DNA of 18,971 bases, from positions 1-18,971 of the forward strand of contig JAMLIC010000006.1 in assembly GCA_023954375.1 (NCBI GenBank). Reading direction: 5' to 3'. This document shows, piece after piece, positions 6,893 to 14,821 of the stretch. This DNA comes from Planctomycetota bacterium. Its GTDB lineage: Bacteria; Planctomycetota; J058. Position 1 is the stretch's first letter, and each line of letters opens with the position of its first letter. Position numbers and translations under genes: made by a program. The notes beneath the pieces were generated by a model. The model had not been told where the DNA came from, did no database searches, and saw only the letters and a program-made list of their open reading frames with translations.

Positions 6893-8194
6893 TCAGCCCG
6901 TCGGGGGCGCCGGCGGCGCGCTCGGCGGCGCCGGGGGTGCGCTCGGCGGCGCCCCCGGCGGCGCGGCGGGCGGCGCGCCCGGGGCCACCGCGGCGGCCTT
7001 CTGCTTCTCGAGCTGCGTGTAGACCAGGTAGCCGCCGCCGCCGAGCATCGCCAGGAACACGAAGCAGCAGCCGAGGCCGAGGACGAGCTTGATGAGCGTC
7101 CCCAGGAAGCCCCCGCCCTGCTGCGACACGTTGCCCAGGCGGATCAGGTAGGTGTCGAGGTGGCTCACCGAGCCGAACGGCGGGCCCTTGTTCACGCCGC
7201 GCGCCTCGGGGGTGTAGACCTTGAGCATGTGGACGCGGGCGACCTTCTTGTCCTCCGGATCGGGGTAGGCGGCCTCGACCCTGAAGCTGTAGCACATCGG
7301 CTCGCCGATCAGGTTGTGCTTGTAGACCTCCCAGTCCTTGTCGATGCGGATCGCCAGCGGGTCGCGGTCGTCGTGCTTGCGCTTGAGGTGCTCGCGCAGG
7401 GCCGCGACGATCGCCGCGGGGTCGCCGTCGAACGGCTCCACGTGCGGCAGCCACTCGGTCGCGTCGATGAGCTTCTCGGTCTTCGCCTCCCAGTCCGCGA
7501 TCGCCGCGTCGAGGTCCTTCATCAGCTGGGTCAGCTCGGGGTCGCCCGGCAGGTAGCCCAGGACCTTCTCCAGGATCGGGCGGCGCTTCGACAGGTTCGT
7601 CACCTGACCGCGCGCCTCCATGACGTACTTCCGCTCCGCGTACTGTCGCTCGTGGCTGGTCAGCGCGTCCCGCACGTGCTTGACCGCGAAGTCCTCCGCG
7701 AGCTGCCGCCACTTCGGCGGCGCCTCGAGCAGCCGCTTGGCCTTCTTGTAGAACGTCTGCGGCCACGCCGTGCGCGTGTCCAGCCACTTCTTCCGGTCCG
7801 GGCTCAGGCGGCGCTCGAAGCCGGGCGCGCGCGGGTCGACCGGCTTGCCGTAGGCCTCGAAGACCTTGGCCTCGAGCGCGTCCGCGTCGGTCCCGAACTT
7901 GGCCTCGATCGCGGCCAGCGCCTGCTTCAGCGGCTCGAGCTCCTGCTCCGCCGCCGCGAGGCCCGTGAACTTCTCGTCGATGTACTTGCCGTCGTAGGCG
8001 TAGGGGTCGGCGTACGACCGACTGTGCTCCACGTCGGCCGCGTACTCGCCGAGCGACTTCTCGGCCGTCCGCATCAGCTCGGCGGCCTGCGCCCACTGGC
8101 GCTTCTCGGCGTCCGAGGGGTCCTCGGCCGCCGCGACGGGCAGGGCCAGGGCGGCGAGGACGAGCCCGCACCTCCGGATGATCGTGACGTTCAT
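6893..8194 (-). CDS. Hypothetical type-I membrane protein: signal peptide, ~370-aa Lys/Glu/Asp-rich ectodomain, one TM helix, Pro-rich C-terminal tail.
   Basis: N-terminal MNVTIIRRCGLVLAALALPVAAAE signal. C-terminal hydrophobic segment FLGTLIKLVLGLGCCFVFLAML followed by an (APP)n tail. Unusually Lys-rich, with AAG/AAA/TTC codons. Local GC is visibly lower than the neighbouring genes. I recognise no family. Start coordinate is +/-1 because of the local text/ORF-track discrepancy. Confidence 0.6.
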   Translation of the reverse strand: MNVTIIRRCGLVLAALALPVAAAEDPSDAEKRQWAQAAELMRTAEKSLGEYAADVEHSRSYADPYAYDGKYIDEKFTGLAAAEQELEPLKQALAAIEAKFGTDADALEAKVFEAYGKPVDPRAPGFERRLSPDRKKWLDTRTAWPQTFYKKAKRLLEAPPKWRQLAEDFAVKHVRDALTSHERQYAERKYVMEARGQVTNLSKRRPILEKVLGYLPGDPELTQLMKDLDAAIADWEAKTEKLIDATEWLPHVEPFDGDPAAIVAALREHLKRKHDDRDPLAIRIDKDWEVYKHNLIGEPMCYSFRVEAAYPDPEDKKVARVHMLKVYTPEARGVNKGPPFGSVSHLDTYLIRLGNVSQQGGGFLGTLIKLVLGLGCCFVFLAMLGGGGYLVYTQLEKQKAAAVAPGAPPAAPPGAPPSAPPAPPSAPPAPPTG

Positions 8195-8256
8195 GGTCCC
8201 CCCTTCCCCCCTTCGGGGCGGAGAGGATACGGGATGCAGGCCGCTCCGGCCAAGGC

Positions 8257-9576
8257 CTACAGGCCGTCGAGCGCCCCGCGGCTGTCCCCGAAGCTGGTCG
8301 CGCGCGCGCCCGCCCGCTGGAGGATCGACACGTAGAGGTTGCACAGCGGCGTCTCGGGCGCGAGGCGCAGGTGCCTCCCGCCGTGCACCGAGCCGCCGCC
8401 GCGCCCGCAGAGGAGGACCGGCAGGTCGTGGTGGTCGTGGCGGTCGCCGTCGCGGATCGCGCTGCCGAAGACGACCAGCGTGTTGTCGAGGAGCGTGCCC
8501 CGGCCCTCATCGACGGCCGCGAGCTGCTCGAGGAGGTAGGCGAGCTGCTCCACCTGGAAGCGGTTGATCCGCTGCAGCTTCGCCTGGCGCTCCGCATCGC
8601 CGCCGTGGTGCGACAGGTCGTGGTGCCCCTCCGGCACGCCGAGGAAGCGGTAGCTCCGGTTGCTGCCCGCGTTGGCCGTCATGAACGTCGCCACGCGCGT
8701 CGTGTCGGTCTGGAAGGCCAGGCGCACGATGTCGTACATGCGGCGGATGTGCTCGCCGTAGTCGCCCGCCGCGCCGGTCGGCGGGGCGACCGGCGGCCCC
8801 TCGCTCCGGCGGCGCTGCGGCTTGCCCAGGCGCTTCTCGAGCGCGCGCACCGCCTCCATGTACTCCTCGAGCTTGCGCCGGTCCGCCGCGCCCAGGCGCG
8901 CCCGGACGCGCTTGGCGTCATCGAGGACGAGGTCGAGGACGGAGGCGCGCTGGCGGTCGCGCCGCGCGCGCTGGTCGGGCGTGAGCCCCTCGCCGTCGAG
9001 GAACAGCCGCTCGAACACGGCCCGCGGGTCGATCTCCTTGGCCACCGGCGTCGTCGGCCCGCTCCAGGCGATGTTCGACGAGTAGGCGCAGCTGTAGCCG
9101 GAGTCGCAGTTGCCCCCCTGCGCGCTCGGGTCGCAGCCGAGCTCGAGCGAGGGGAGCGGCGTCGCCTGGCCGACCGCCTGGGCGAGGACCTGGTCGACGG
9201 AGACGCCGTTGTGGATGTCGGCGCCGTCGGTCTTGCGCGGGTGCGCGCCGGTGAGGAACGCCGCGCCGGCCCGCGCGTGGTCGCCCGGCCCGTCGCCGTG
9301 CGCGCGCGCCCCGTCGAGGGTCAGCCCGGAGAGGACCGTGAGGTGCCGCCGGAAGGGCGCGAGCGGCTCGAGCGTGGGCGGCAGGGCGAAGTCGGCGCCG
9401 ATGCGCTCGGGCGTCCAGGCCGACATGTGCACGCCGTTGGGGAGGAACACGAACAGCGCCCGCACGGGCGGCCGGTCGGCGGCGCGGGCCGCGGGCAGGA
9501 GCGACTCGAGCAGCGGCAGGCCGAGCGTGGCCCCCGCCGCCCCGCGCAGGAACGTCCGCCGCGTGCACCTGCTCAC
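8257..9576 (-). CDS. DUF1552-family protein (Tat-signal periplasmic protein, the usual partner of PSCyt/PSD-type DUF1592 proteins).
   Basis: Twin-arginine signal SRCTRRTFLRGAAGATLGLPLLE is typical of DUF1552 N-termini. GTG start overlaps the upstream stop as GTGA at 9573-9576. Family assignment from recognised N-terminal architecture and gene pairing. Confidence 0.65.
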   Translation of the reverse strand: MSRCTRRTFLRGAAGATLGLPLLESLLPAARAADRPPVRALFVFLPNGVHMSAWTPERIGADFALPPTLEPLAPFRRHLTVLSGLTLDGARAHGDGPGDHARAGAAFLTGAHPRKTDGADIHNGVSVDQVLAQAVGQATPLPSLELGCDPSAQGGNCDSGYSCAYSSNIAWSGPTTPVAKEIDPRAVFERLFLDGEGLTPDQRARRDRQRASVLDLVLDDAKRVRARLGAADRRKLEEYMEAVRALEKRLGKPQRRRSEGPPVAPPTGAAGDYGEHIRRMYDIVRLAFQTDTTRVATFMTANAGSNRSYRFLGVPEGHHDLSHHGGDAERQAKLQRINRFQVEQLAYLLEQLAAVDEGRGTLLDNTLVVFGSAIRDGDRHDHHDLPVLLCGRGGGSVHGGRHLRLAPETPLCNLYVSILQRAGARATSFGDSRGALDGL

Positions 9577-11918
9577 CGGGCCCCCTTCGCCGCGCGCCGC
9601 TTCTGGAACGCGTCGAGGCGCGTCACGCCCACGACGAGGTCCGCCAGGCCCGGGTCCGGCCCGAGCGCCTCGAGCAGCGCGTCGAGCGCGCCCTCGTCGG
9701 CGGCCACGGGCCCGCGGCCGAGCCCGAAGACCATGAGCTTCTTCGCCAGGGCGCGCGCGAGGTCGCGCGAGCGGCCGCGCAGGTAGCCGCGGAGCCCGTC
9801 GACGCCCATGAAGGTCAGCCCGCCGGGGAGGACGCCCGCGTCGTCGATCGGCAGCCCCTCGTCCTGCTCGCGCCACGCGCCCACCGCGTCGAAGCGCTCG
9901 AGCCCGAAGCCGAGCGGGTCGAGCCGCGCGTGGCAGCCGGCGCAGGCGGGGTCGGCCCGGTGCCGCTCGAGGCGCGCGCGCAGCGTCTTGCCGGTGGCGG
10001 GCCCGTCCTCCTTCAGGCTGTCCATCCCGGGCAAGGGCGGCGGGGGCGGGTCGTCGAGCAGCACCTCGAGCACCCAGCGCCCGCGCTTCACGGGCGACGT
10101 GCGCGTCGGGTTCGAGGTGGCCGTGAGCACGCTCGCGTGGCCGAGGAGCCCCCGGCGGACGGGCGGCGCGTCGACGCGCACGAAGTCGGGCCCGCGCACG
10201 CCCCGGATGCCGTAGTGCCGGGCCAGGCGCTCGTTGACGAACGTGTACGGCGCGTCGAGGAGCTCGCTCACCGGGCGGTTGCCGCGCAGGACCGCCTCGA
10301 ACAGGCGCGCGCTCTCCTCCTTCATCGCCGCCCGCAGCGGCTCGTCGAAGCCGGGGAAGCTCGCCGGGTCCGGCGCGGCCGTGTCGAGGCGCCGGAGCTG
10401 GAGCCACTGGGTGGCGAACTGCTGCACGAAGCGGCCCGCCTTCGGGTCGGCCAGGAGCCGGCGCGCCTGGGCCTCGAGCTGGTCGCGGAGCCCCCCCGCC
10501 TGGGCCGCGCGCAGGAGCTCCTCGTCGGGCAGGCTCACGTGCAGGTAGTAGGAGAGGCGCGTGGCGAGCTCGTGGTCGGCCAGCGGCTGCGCGCCGGGGT
10601 GCGGCGGCTCGCCCGGCCGCGGGCGCGCGGCGTCGAGCTCGAAGCGGAAGAGGAAGTGCGGCGAGCAGAGGACCGCCGTCAGCGCGAGCTGCATGGCCCG
10701 CTCGAAGCTCTCGCCGTCGGCCATCGCCTGGTCGACGTGCCTGGCGTAGCGCTCGAGCTCGTCCGACTTCGCCGGCCGGCGGAAGGCCCGGGTGACGAGC
10801 GGGCCCAGGACCTCCCGGGCGACGGCGCGCCGCTGCACGGGGCGCGCGTTGTCGGCCGGCCGCTTCGTCAGGTAGGTGCGGTGCGCCCAGGGCAGCGGCG
10901 GCGCCTCGACCGGCCCCTCGAGCTCGACCCAGGCGACCGCGAGGTTACGGTCGCGCTGCGAAGGGTCGGCGGCGCCCGGGTCGTAGAAGTCGTTGACGAA
11001 GGCCGCCGCGAGGTCGTGGTCGCCGGCGCGCAGGCGGGTCCGCGCCTCGTAGACGCCCGGGTCGTCGACGGTCGCGCGCACGTCGAAGGTCTCGAGCGCG
11101 CGGCCGTCCACCCGGAGCGCCATCCGCGCCGGGTCGGGGCCCGCCTGCATGCCGTAGGCGCGCGCCCGGACGACGTACTCGCCCTCGTACGGCGCGCGCA
11201 CGCGGACCACGTAGGCGCCGTTCGACCAGAGCGTGCCGAAGCCGTCGCGGAAGTTGCCGTCGGAGCCCTCGCGCCGGGCCGACTCGACCGACACCCGCTC
11301 GCGCACCGGCTTGAAGTCGAGGAACGCGGCCCGGGCCACCGCCTCGCCGGCCGCGAGGTACTTCTCCAGCAGGAGCGGCGGGATCGACAGGACGTCGCCG
11401 ATCGTGTCGAAGCCGTAGCCGACGTCGTCGTCGGGGAAGGTCCGGGCCGGGGCCAGCTCGACGCGCAGCATGTCCTGGACGGTGAAGTCGTACTCGGCCC
11501 GGTTGAGCCGCCGCAGCGTCACACGCCCGGGGTCGAACGGCCCGGCCGGGGCGGCGGCGCCGCCGAGGGCGCCCCGCACCCAGGCGATCACCGCCTTGAC
11601 CTCCTCGGCCGACGGGCGCGGGCGGTCCTCGGGCGGCATGTCGCCAGCGTGCAGGCGCTCGAGGACGCCCGTCCAGGCCTTCCGCTCGCGGAGGACGGCC
11701 GCGCGGTCGGCGAAGCCGTCGAGCGCCAGGTCCCCCTCGCGCTCGCCGCGCCCGTGGCACTCGAAGCAGTGGCGCCGGAGGAAGGGGAGCACGACGCGGG
11801 CGAAGCCCGCCTCGTCACCGGCGGCGGGGTCGGCCTCGGCCGCCGCCGGGCGGGGCCACAGGGGCAGGGCCGCGGCGAGCGCGGCCAGGGGCACGAGGAG
11901 CAGGGCGCGGCGCGGCAT
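9573..11918 (-). CDS. Secreted multi-domain DUF1592/DUF1595/DUF1587/DUF1588-type (Planctomycete PSCyt/PSD-like) protein with an N-terminal c-type haem-binding motif.
   Basis: Signal peptide MPRRALLLVPLAALAAALPLWPRPAAA, then CFECHG (CxxCH) ~40 aa later. Large ~780-aa body. Paired with and translationally coupled to the DUF1552 gene downstream, the canonical arrangement for this family. Confidence 0.6.
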   Translation of the reverse strand: MPRRALLLVPLAALAAALPLWPRPAAAEADPAAGDEAGFARVVLPFLRRHCFECHGRGEREGDLALDGFADRAAVLRERKAWTGVLERLHAGDMPPEDRPRPSAEEVKAVIAWVRGALGGAAAPAGPFDPGRVTLRRLNRAEYDFTVQDMLRVELAPARTFPDDDVGYGFDTIGDVLSIPPLLLEKYLAAGEAVARAAFLDFKPVRERVSVESARREGSDGNFRDGFGTLWSNGAYVVRVRAPYEGEYVVRARAYGMQAGPDPARMALRVDGRALETFDVRATVDDPGVYEARTRLRAGDHDLAAAFVNDFYDPGAADPSQRDRNLAVAWVELEGPVEAPPLPWAHRTYLTKRPADNARPVQRRAVAREVLGPLVTRAFRRPAKSDELERYARHVDQAMADGESFERAMQLALTAVLCSPHFLFRFELDAARPRPGEPPHPGAQPLADHELATRLSYYLHVSLPDEELLRAAQAGGLRDQLEAQARRLLADPKAGRFVQQFATQWLQLRRLDTAAPDPASFPGFDEPLRAAMKEESARLFEAVLRGNRPVSELLDAPYTFVNERLARHYGIRGVRGPDFVRVDAPPVRRGLLGHASVLTATSNPTRTSPVKRGRWVLEVLLDDPPPPPLPGMDSLKEDGPATGKTLRARLERHRADPACAGCHARLDPLGFGLERFDAVGAWREQDEGLPIDDAGVLPGGLTFMGVDGLRGYLRGRSRDLARALAKKLMVFGLGRGPVAADEGALDALLEALGPDPGLADLVVGVTRLDAFQKRRAAKGAR

Positions 11919-11982
11919 TCGACGGGTGATTCTACGCCGGGGCCCGGCGCGGCTCGACCCGGTAGGCGCCGACGTCGCGCCG

Positions 11983-12966
11983 CTACTCCCGCCCGGGCCC
12001 GAGCAGGTCGACGGCGAGCGTGCCGACGCCGTGCCCGTCCGACCAGTTGCCCAGGTGACCCCAGAGGAAGACGCCGCGCCGGAGCTCGTCGGAGAGGGGG
12101 GCCAGGGCCGCCTCGGACCAGGCGCGCGCAAGAGAGAGGAGCGGGCGCCCGTCCTGGTGGACCTTGAGGCCCCAGCCGGCGACGTCGACCCGCAGGTCGA
12201 GCACGAGGGGCTCGGCCGGCCGCGGGCGGAGCTCGAAGCGCTCGAGCACCTCCACGCCGGGCGTGCGCGGCTGCCCGGGGGGCGGGTCGTGCACCAGGTC
12301 GGCCCCGGGGGGCTTGTCGCGGTTGACGACGCGCACGAGCCCCAGCACCCGCCCGTCGCGCCGCACCTGGAGCGTGACCCACCACGCGCCCGGCTCGAGC
12401 TGCCGCGCGGCCTCGATCGGATGGCCCGCGGCCCGCACGCCGAGCTCGTAGAAGAAGCCGGCGGCCTCGCGGAACCCGTGGCCCCGCTCCCAGTCGGCCA
12501 GGCCGGAGGCGTCGCGGGCGACCTCGGCGGCGCAGGTCCAGCGCACGGCGAGCGGCAGGGCGCGGCGCTCCCGGTCGAAGAGGCCGGCGCGCTCCCAGTC
12601 GCTCGTCGGGCGGGGGCGCGAGGTGTAGACGCCGTCCTCGCCCCGGGCGAGGCCGTCCGCCGGGGGCTGCACGTCGAAGGTCAGGCGCGTGGCCCCCCGC
12701 GACCGCCCGGCGGGCTCGGACGCCGCCGGCTCGGGCGTCACCGGCTCGGGCGCGGGCCCGGGCGCTGCCGGCCCGGGCGCCGCCGGCCCGGGCGTCGCCG
12801 GCCCGGCCTCGTCGGCCGACGCCGGCCTGGCGTCGCGTGGCGCCTCCGGCGTCGCCGCGGCCGCTGCCGGCCCGGCCTGGGGCGGCGCCGGCGACGTCCC
12901 CGCCGACGGGCCGCGGCCGACGCGCAGCGCGGCGACGGCCGCGACCGCCGCCACCACGAGCACGGC
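11983..12966 (-). CDS. TM helix + Pro/Ala-rich linker + ~250-aa extracytoplasmic domain. Almost certainly the C-terminal part of the Ser/Thr kinase gene, read in the -1 frame.
   Basis: Frame with near-100% GC3 encodes AVLVVAAVAAVAAL (a TM helix), then PGPAAPGPAAPGPAPEPVTPEP, then a structured domain ending at a TAG at 11983-11985. Upstream of ~12970 this frame becomes Arg/Gly-rich nonsense. The true 5' boundary of this segment is approximate. Confidence 0.55.
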   Translation of the reverse strand, partial: AVLVVAAVAAVAALRVGRGPSAGTSPAPPQAGPAAAAATPEAPRDARPASADEAGPATPGPAAPGPAAPGPAPEPVTPEPAASEPAGRSRGATRLTFDVQPPADGLARGEDGVYTSRPRPTSDWERAGLFDRERRALPLAVRWTCAAEVARDASGLADWERGHGFREAAGFFYELGVRAAGHPIEAARQLEPGAWWVTLQVRRDGRVLGLVRVVNRDKPPGADLVHDPPPGQPRTPGVEVLERFELRPRPAEPLVLDLRVDVAGWGLKVHQDGRPLLSLARAWSEAALAPLSDELRRGVFLWGHLGNWSDGHGVGTLAVDLLGPGRE

Positions 12967-14075
12967 CGCGGCCGCGCCCGCCCGGGGGCGGCGCCCGCCT
13001 GACCGGAGGTGCGCGCGACCGGCGCGGGCGCGCGCAGCGCCTCCTCGATCGCCGCGAGGAGGGCGCCCGGACCGGGATGGCGGCGGGCCGCCTCGGGCTC
13101 CATCGCGCGCTGCACGAGCGCCACGGCGCGCTCGGAGAGCCCGGGGCGACGCCGCGCGAGGTCGCCCGGGGCGCCCCGGCTGCGCAGCGGCGGCGCGCCG
13201 GTGAGGAGCGCGTAGAGCGTGGCGCCGAGGCCGTAGACGTCGACGCGCGCGTCGAGGTCGGGGGCCCCCGCGATCTGCTCCGGCGCCATGAAGGCCAGCG
13301 TGCCCACGGCCACGCCGGTGAGGGTCAGCCGGTCCGCGCCGGTCTGGCTGCGCGCCAGCCCCAGGTCGCCCAGCTTGGCCCGCCCCCCGGGGGTGAGGAA
13401 CAGGTTCGTCGGCTTCACGTCGCGATGGACGAGGCCGGCCGCCTCCAGCGCCGCGAGGCCCAGCGCGGCGTCGCGCGCCAGCTCCAGCGCGCGGCGCTCG
13501 GGCAACGCGCCGCCCGCCCGGGCCAGGAGGCCCTGCGCGTCCCCGCCGGTCATCAGCTCCATGGCGATGTAGGGCTGCCCGTCGAGCTCCCCCGCGGAGT
13601 AGCAGGTGATCACGTGCGGGTCGTTCACGGCGGCCAGCACGCGCGCCTCGCGCAGGAAGCGCCGCCGCGCCCCGGGGTCGGCCGCGAGGGCGGGGGCGAG
13701 GAGCTTCACGGCCACGTCGCGCGCGAGCGCGCGCTCGCGGGCCCGGAAGACGCGCCCCATCCCCCCCTGCCCGAGCGGGGCCAGGAGGTCGAACCCGCCG
13801 AGCGTCCGCGGGAGGCCCTCCGGCGCGGGCCCCGCGCCGGTCGTCGCCGGCGGCGCGGTCGCGCCGGCGCGGACCTCGCGCAGCAGGTCGGCCAGCAGCG
13901 CCTCCGGCACGTCCAGCCAGAACGCGAAGAGGCCGGCGCTCAGGTCCCCCTCGTCCGGGCGGCCGGCGAGCGCCTCGCGCGCGTGGGCCACCGCCTCGGG
14001 CGGCGCGAGGTCGCGGGCCTGGAGGCGGCGCAGCGCCTCCTCCCACTCGGCCCGGGCGCCGACGAGGGCGCTCAC
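12738..14075 (-). CDS. Hanks-type Ser/Thr protein kinase: ~95-aa N-terminal extension plus catalytic domain. The frame decays into an Arg-rich tail after a C5 homopolymer, consistent with a frameshift or sequencing indel.
   Basis: Gly loop LGQGGMGRVF, VAVK (catalytic Lys), HRDVKPTNLFL, DLGLAR, GTLAFMAPE. GTG start at 14075 overlaps the ECF sigma stop as GTGA. After ...AIEEALRAPAPVARTSGQAGAAP the frame gives RPRPCSWWRRSRPS... with reduced GC3. Confidence 0.75.
   Translation of the reverse strand: MSALVGARAEWEEALRRLQARDLAPPEAVAHAREALAGRPDEGDLSAGLFAFWLDVPEALLADLLREVRAGATAPPATTGAGPAPEGLPRTLGGFDLLAPLGQGGMGRVFRARERALARDVAVKLLAPALAADPGARRRFLREARVLAAVNDPHVITCYSAGELDGQPYIAMELMTGGDAQGLLARAGGALPERRALELARDAALGLAALEAAGLVHRDVKPTNLFLTPGGRAKLGDLGLARSQTGADRLTLTGVAVGTLAFMAPEQIAGAPDLDARVDVYGLGATLYALLTGAPPLRSRGAPGDLARRRPGLSERAVALVQRAMEPEAARRHPGPGALLAAIEEALRAPAPVARTSGQAGAAPGRARPRPCSWWRRSRPSPRCASAAARRRGRRRRRPRPGRQRPRRRRRRHATPGRRRPTRPGRRRPGRRRPGRQRPGPRPSR
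12755..12810 (-). repeat. About 3.5 tandem copies of a 15-bp unit (CCGGGCGNNGCCGGC) encoding (PGPAA)n in the kinase's extracytoplasmic linker.
   Basis: Direct tandem repeat visible on the plus strand (gctgccggcccgggc / gccgccggcccgggc / gtcgccggcccggcc). In-frame, so copy number could vary without breaking the ORF. Confidence 0.5.
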
Positions 14076-14821
14076 CGCCCGGCCTCGCGCGACAGGCGCA
14101 GCACCGCGTCGCGCTCCTGCGCCAGCGCCTCGGGGCGCGCCTCGAGCCAGCGCAGCCGGCGCTCCACCTCGTCCGCCAGCGCCTGACGCAGCCGCGTGGC
14201 CCGGACGTAGAGGGCGTTGCGCGTCAGGCCGAGCGCCGCGGCGACCTCGTCCGCGCCGGGGCGCACGGGGGCGAGCACCCACTCGCCGAGGAGGCGCTGG
14301 CCCGCCTCGTCCCCCTCCTGGCGCAGGCGCTCCTCGAGGGCGGCCACGGCGCGCCCCCACAGGCACTGGGCCCAGTCGCGCTCGAACGACGCCTCGGGGT
14401 CGGCGGCCGCGGGCTCGCCGGCCCCCCGGCCCAGCGCCGCCTCTGCGAGGACCTCCGCCGCCCCGTGCCCCTCGAGCCAGCCCGGCCGCTCACCGTCCGG
14501 CCGGGCCCGCTCGCGGCGCCACGCCTTGCGCCGGTGGTTGGCGAGGCAGCTCAGGAGGTAGGTGCGCAGGCGGCCGCGCCCGGCGTCCCAGGCGCCGAGG
14601 AGCCGGCCGTCCAGCCCGGCGACGAAGAAGTCCTGCAGCACGTCCAGCGCCTCCTGCGAGGCGCTCCCCGTGCGGCGCAGGTAAGCGTAGAGCGGCGGCC
14701 AGTACTCGCGGAAGAAGCGCTCCCAGGCCGCGCGCCAGCCCGGGGAGCCGGGGTTCGCGGCCTCCGCCACGAGCGAGGCGCTCGTGCGCGGGAAGCCGGC
14801 GTGCCGCGACTCGGGGTTCAC
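14072..14821 (-). CDS. ECF (extracytoplasmic function) sigma-70 family factor with N- and C-terminal extensions.
   Basis: Sigma region-2-like WERFFREYWPPLYAYLRRTG...ALDVLQDFFV and region-4 HTH-like GLTRNALYVRATRLRQAL. GTG start at 14821 is uncertain; the upstream sequence is low-GC and non-coding-like. The ORF-track N-terminus (to 15265) is antisense to the plus-strand lipoprotein gene and is rejected. Confidence 0.75.
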   Translation of the reverse strand: MNPESRHAGFPRTSASLVAEAANPGSPGWRAAWERFFREYWPPLYAYLRRTGSASQEALDVLQDFFVAGLDGRLLGAWDAGRGRLRTYLLSCLANHRRKAWRRERARPDGERPGWLEGHGAAEVLAEAALGRGAGEPAAADPEASFERDWAQCLWGRAVAALEERLRQEGDEAGQRLLGEWVLAPVRPGADEVAAALGLTRNALYVRATRLRQALADEVERRLRWLEARPEALAQERDAVLRLSREAGR

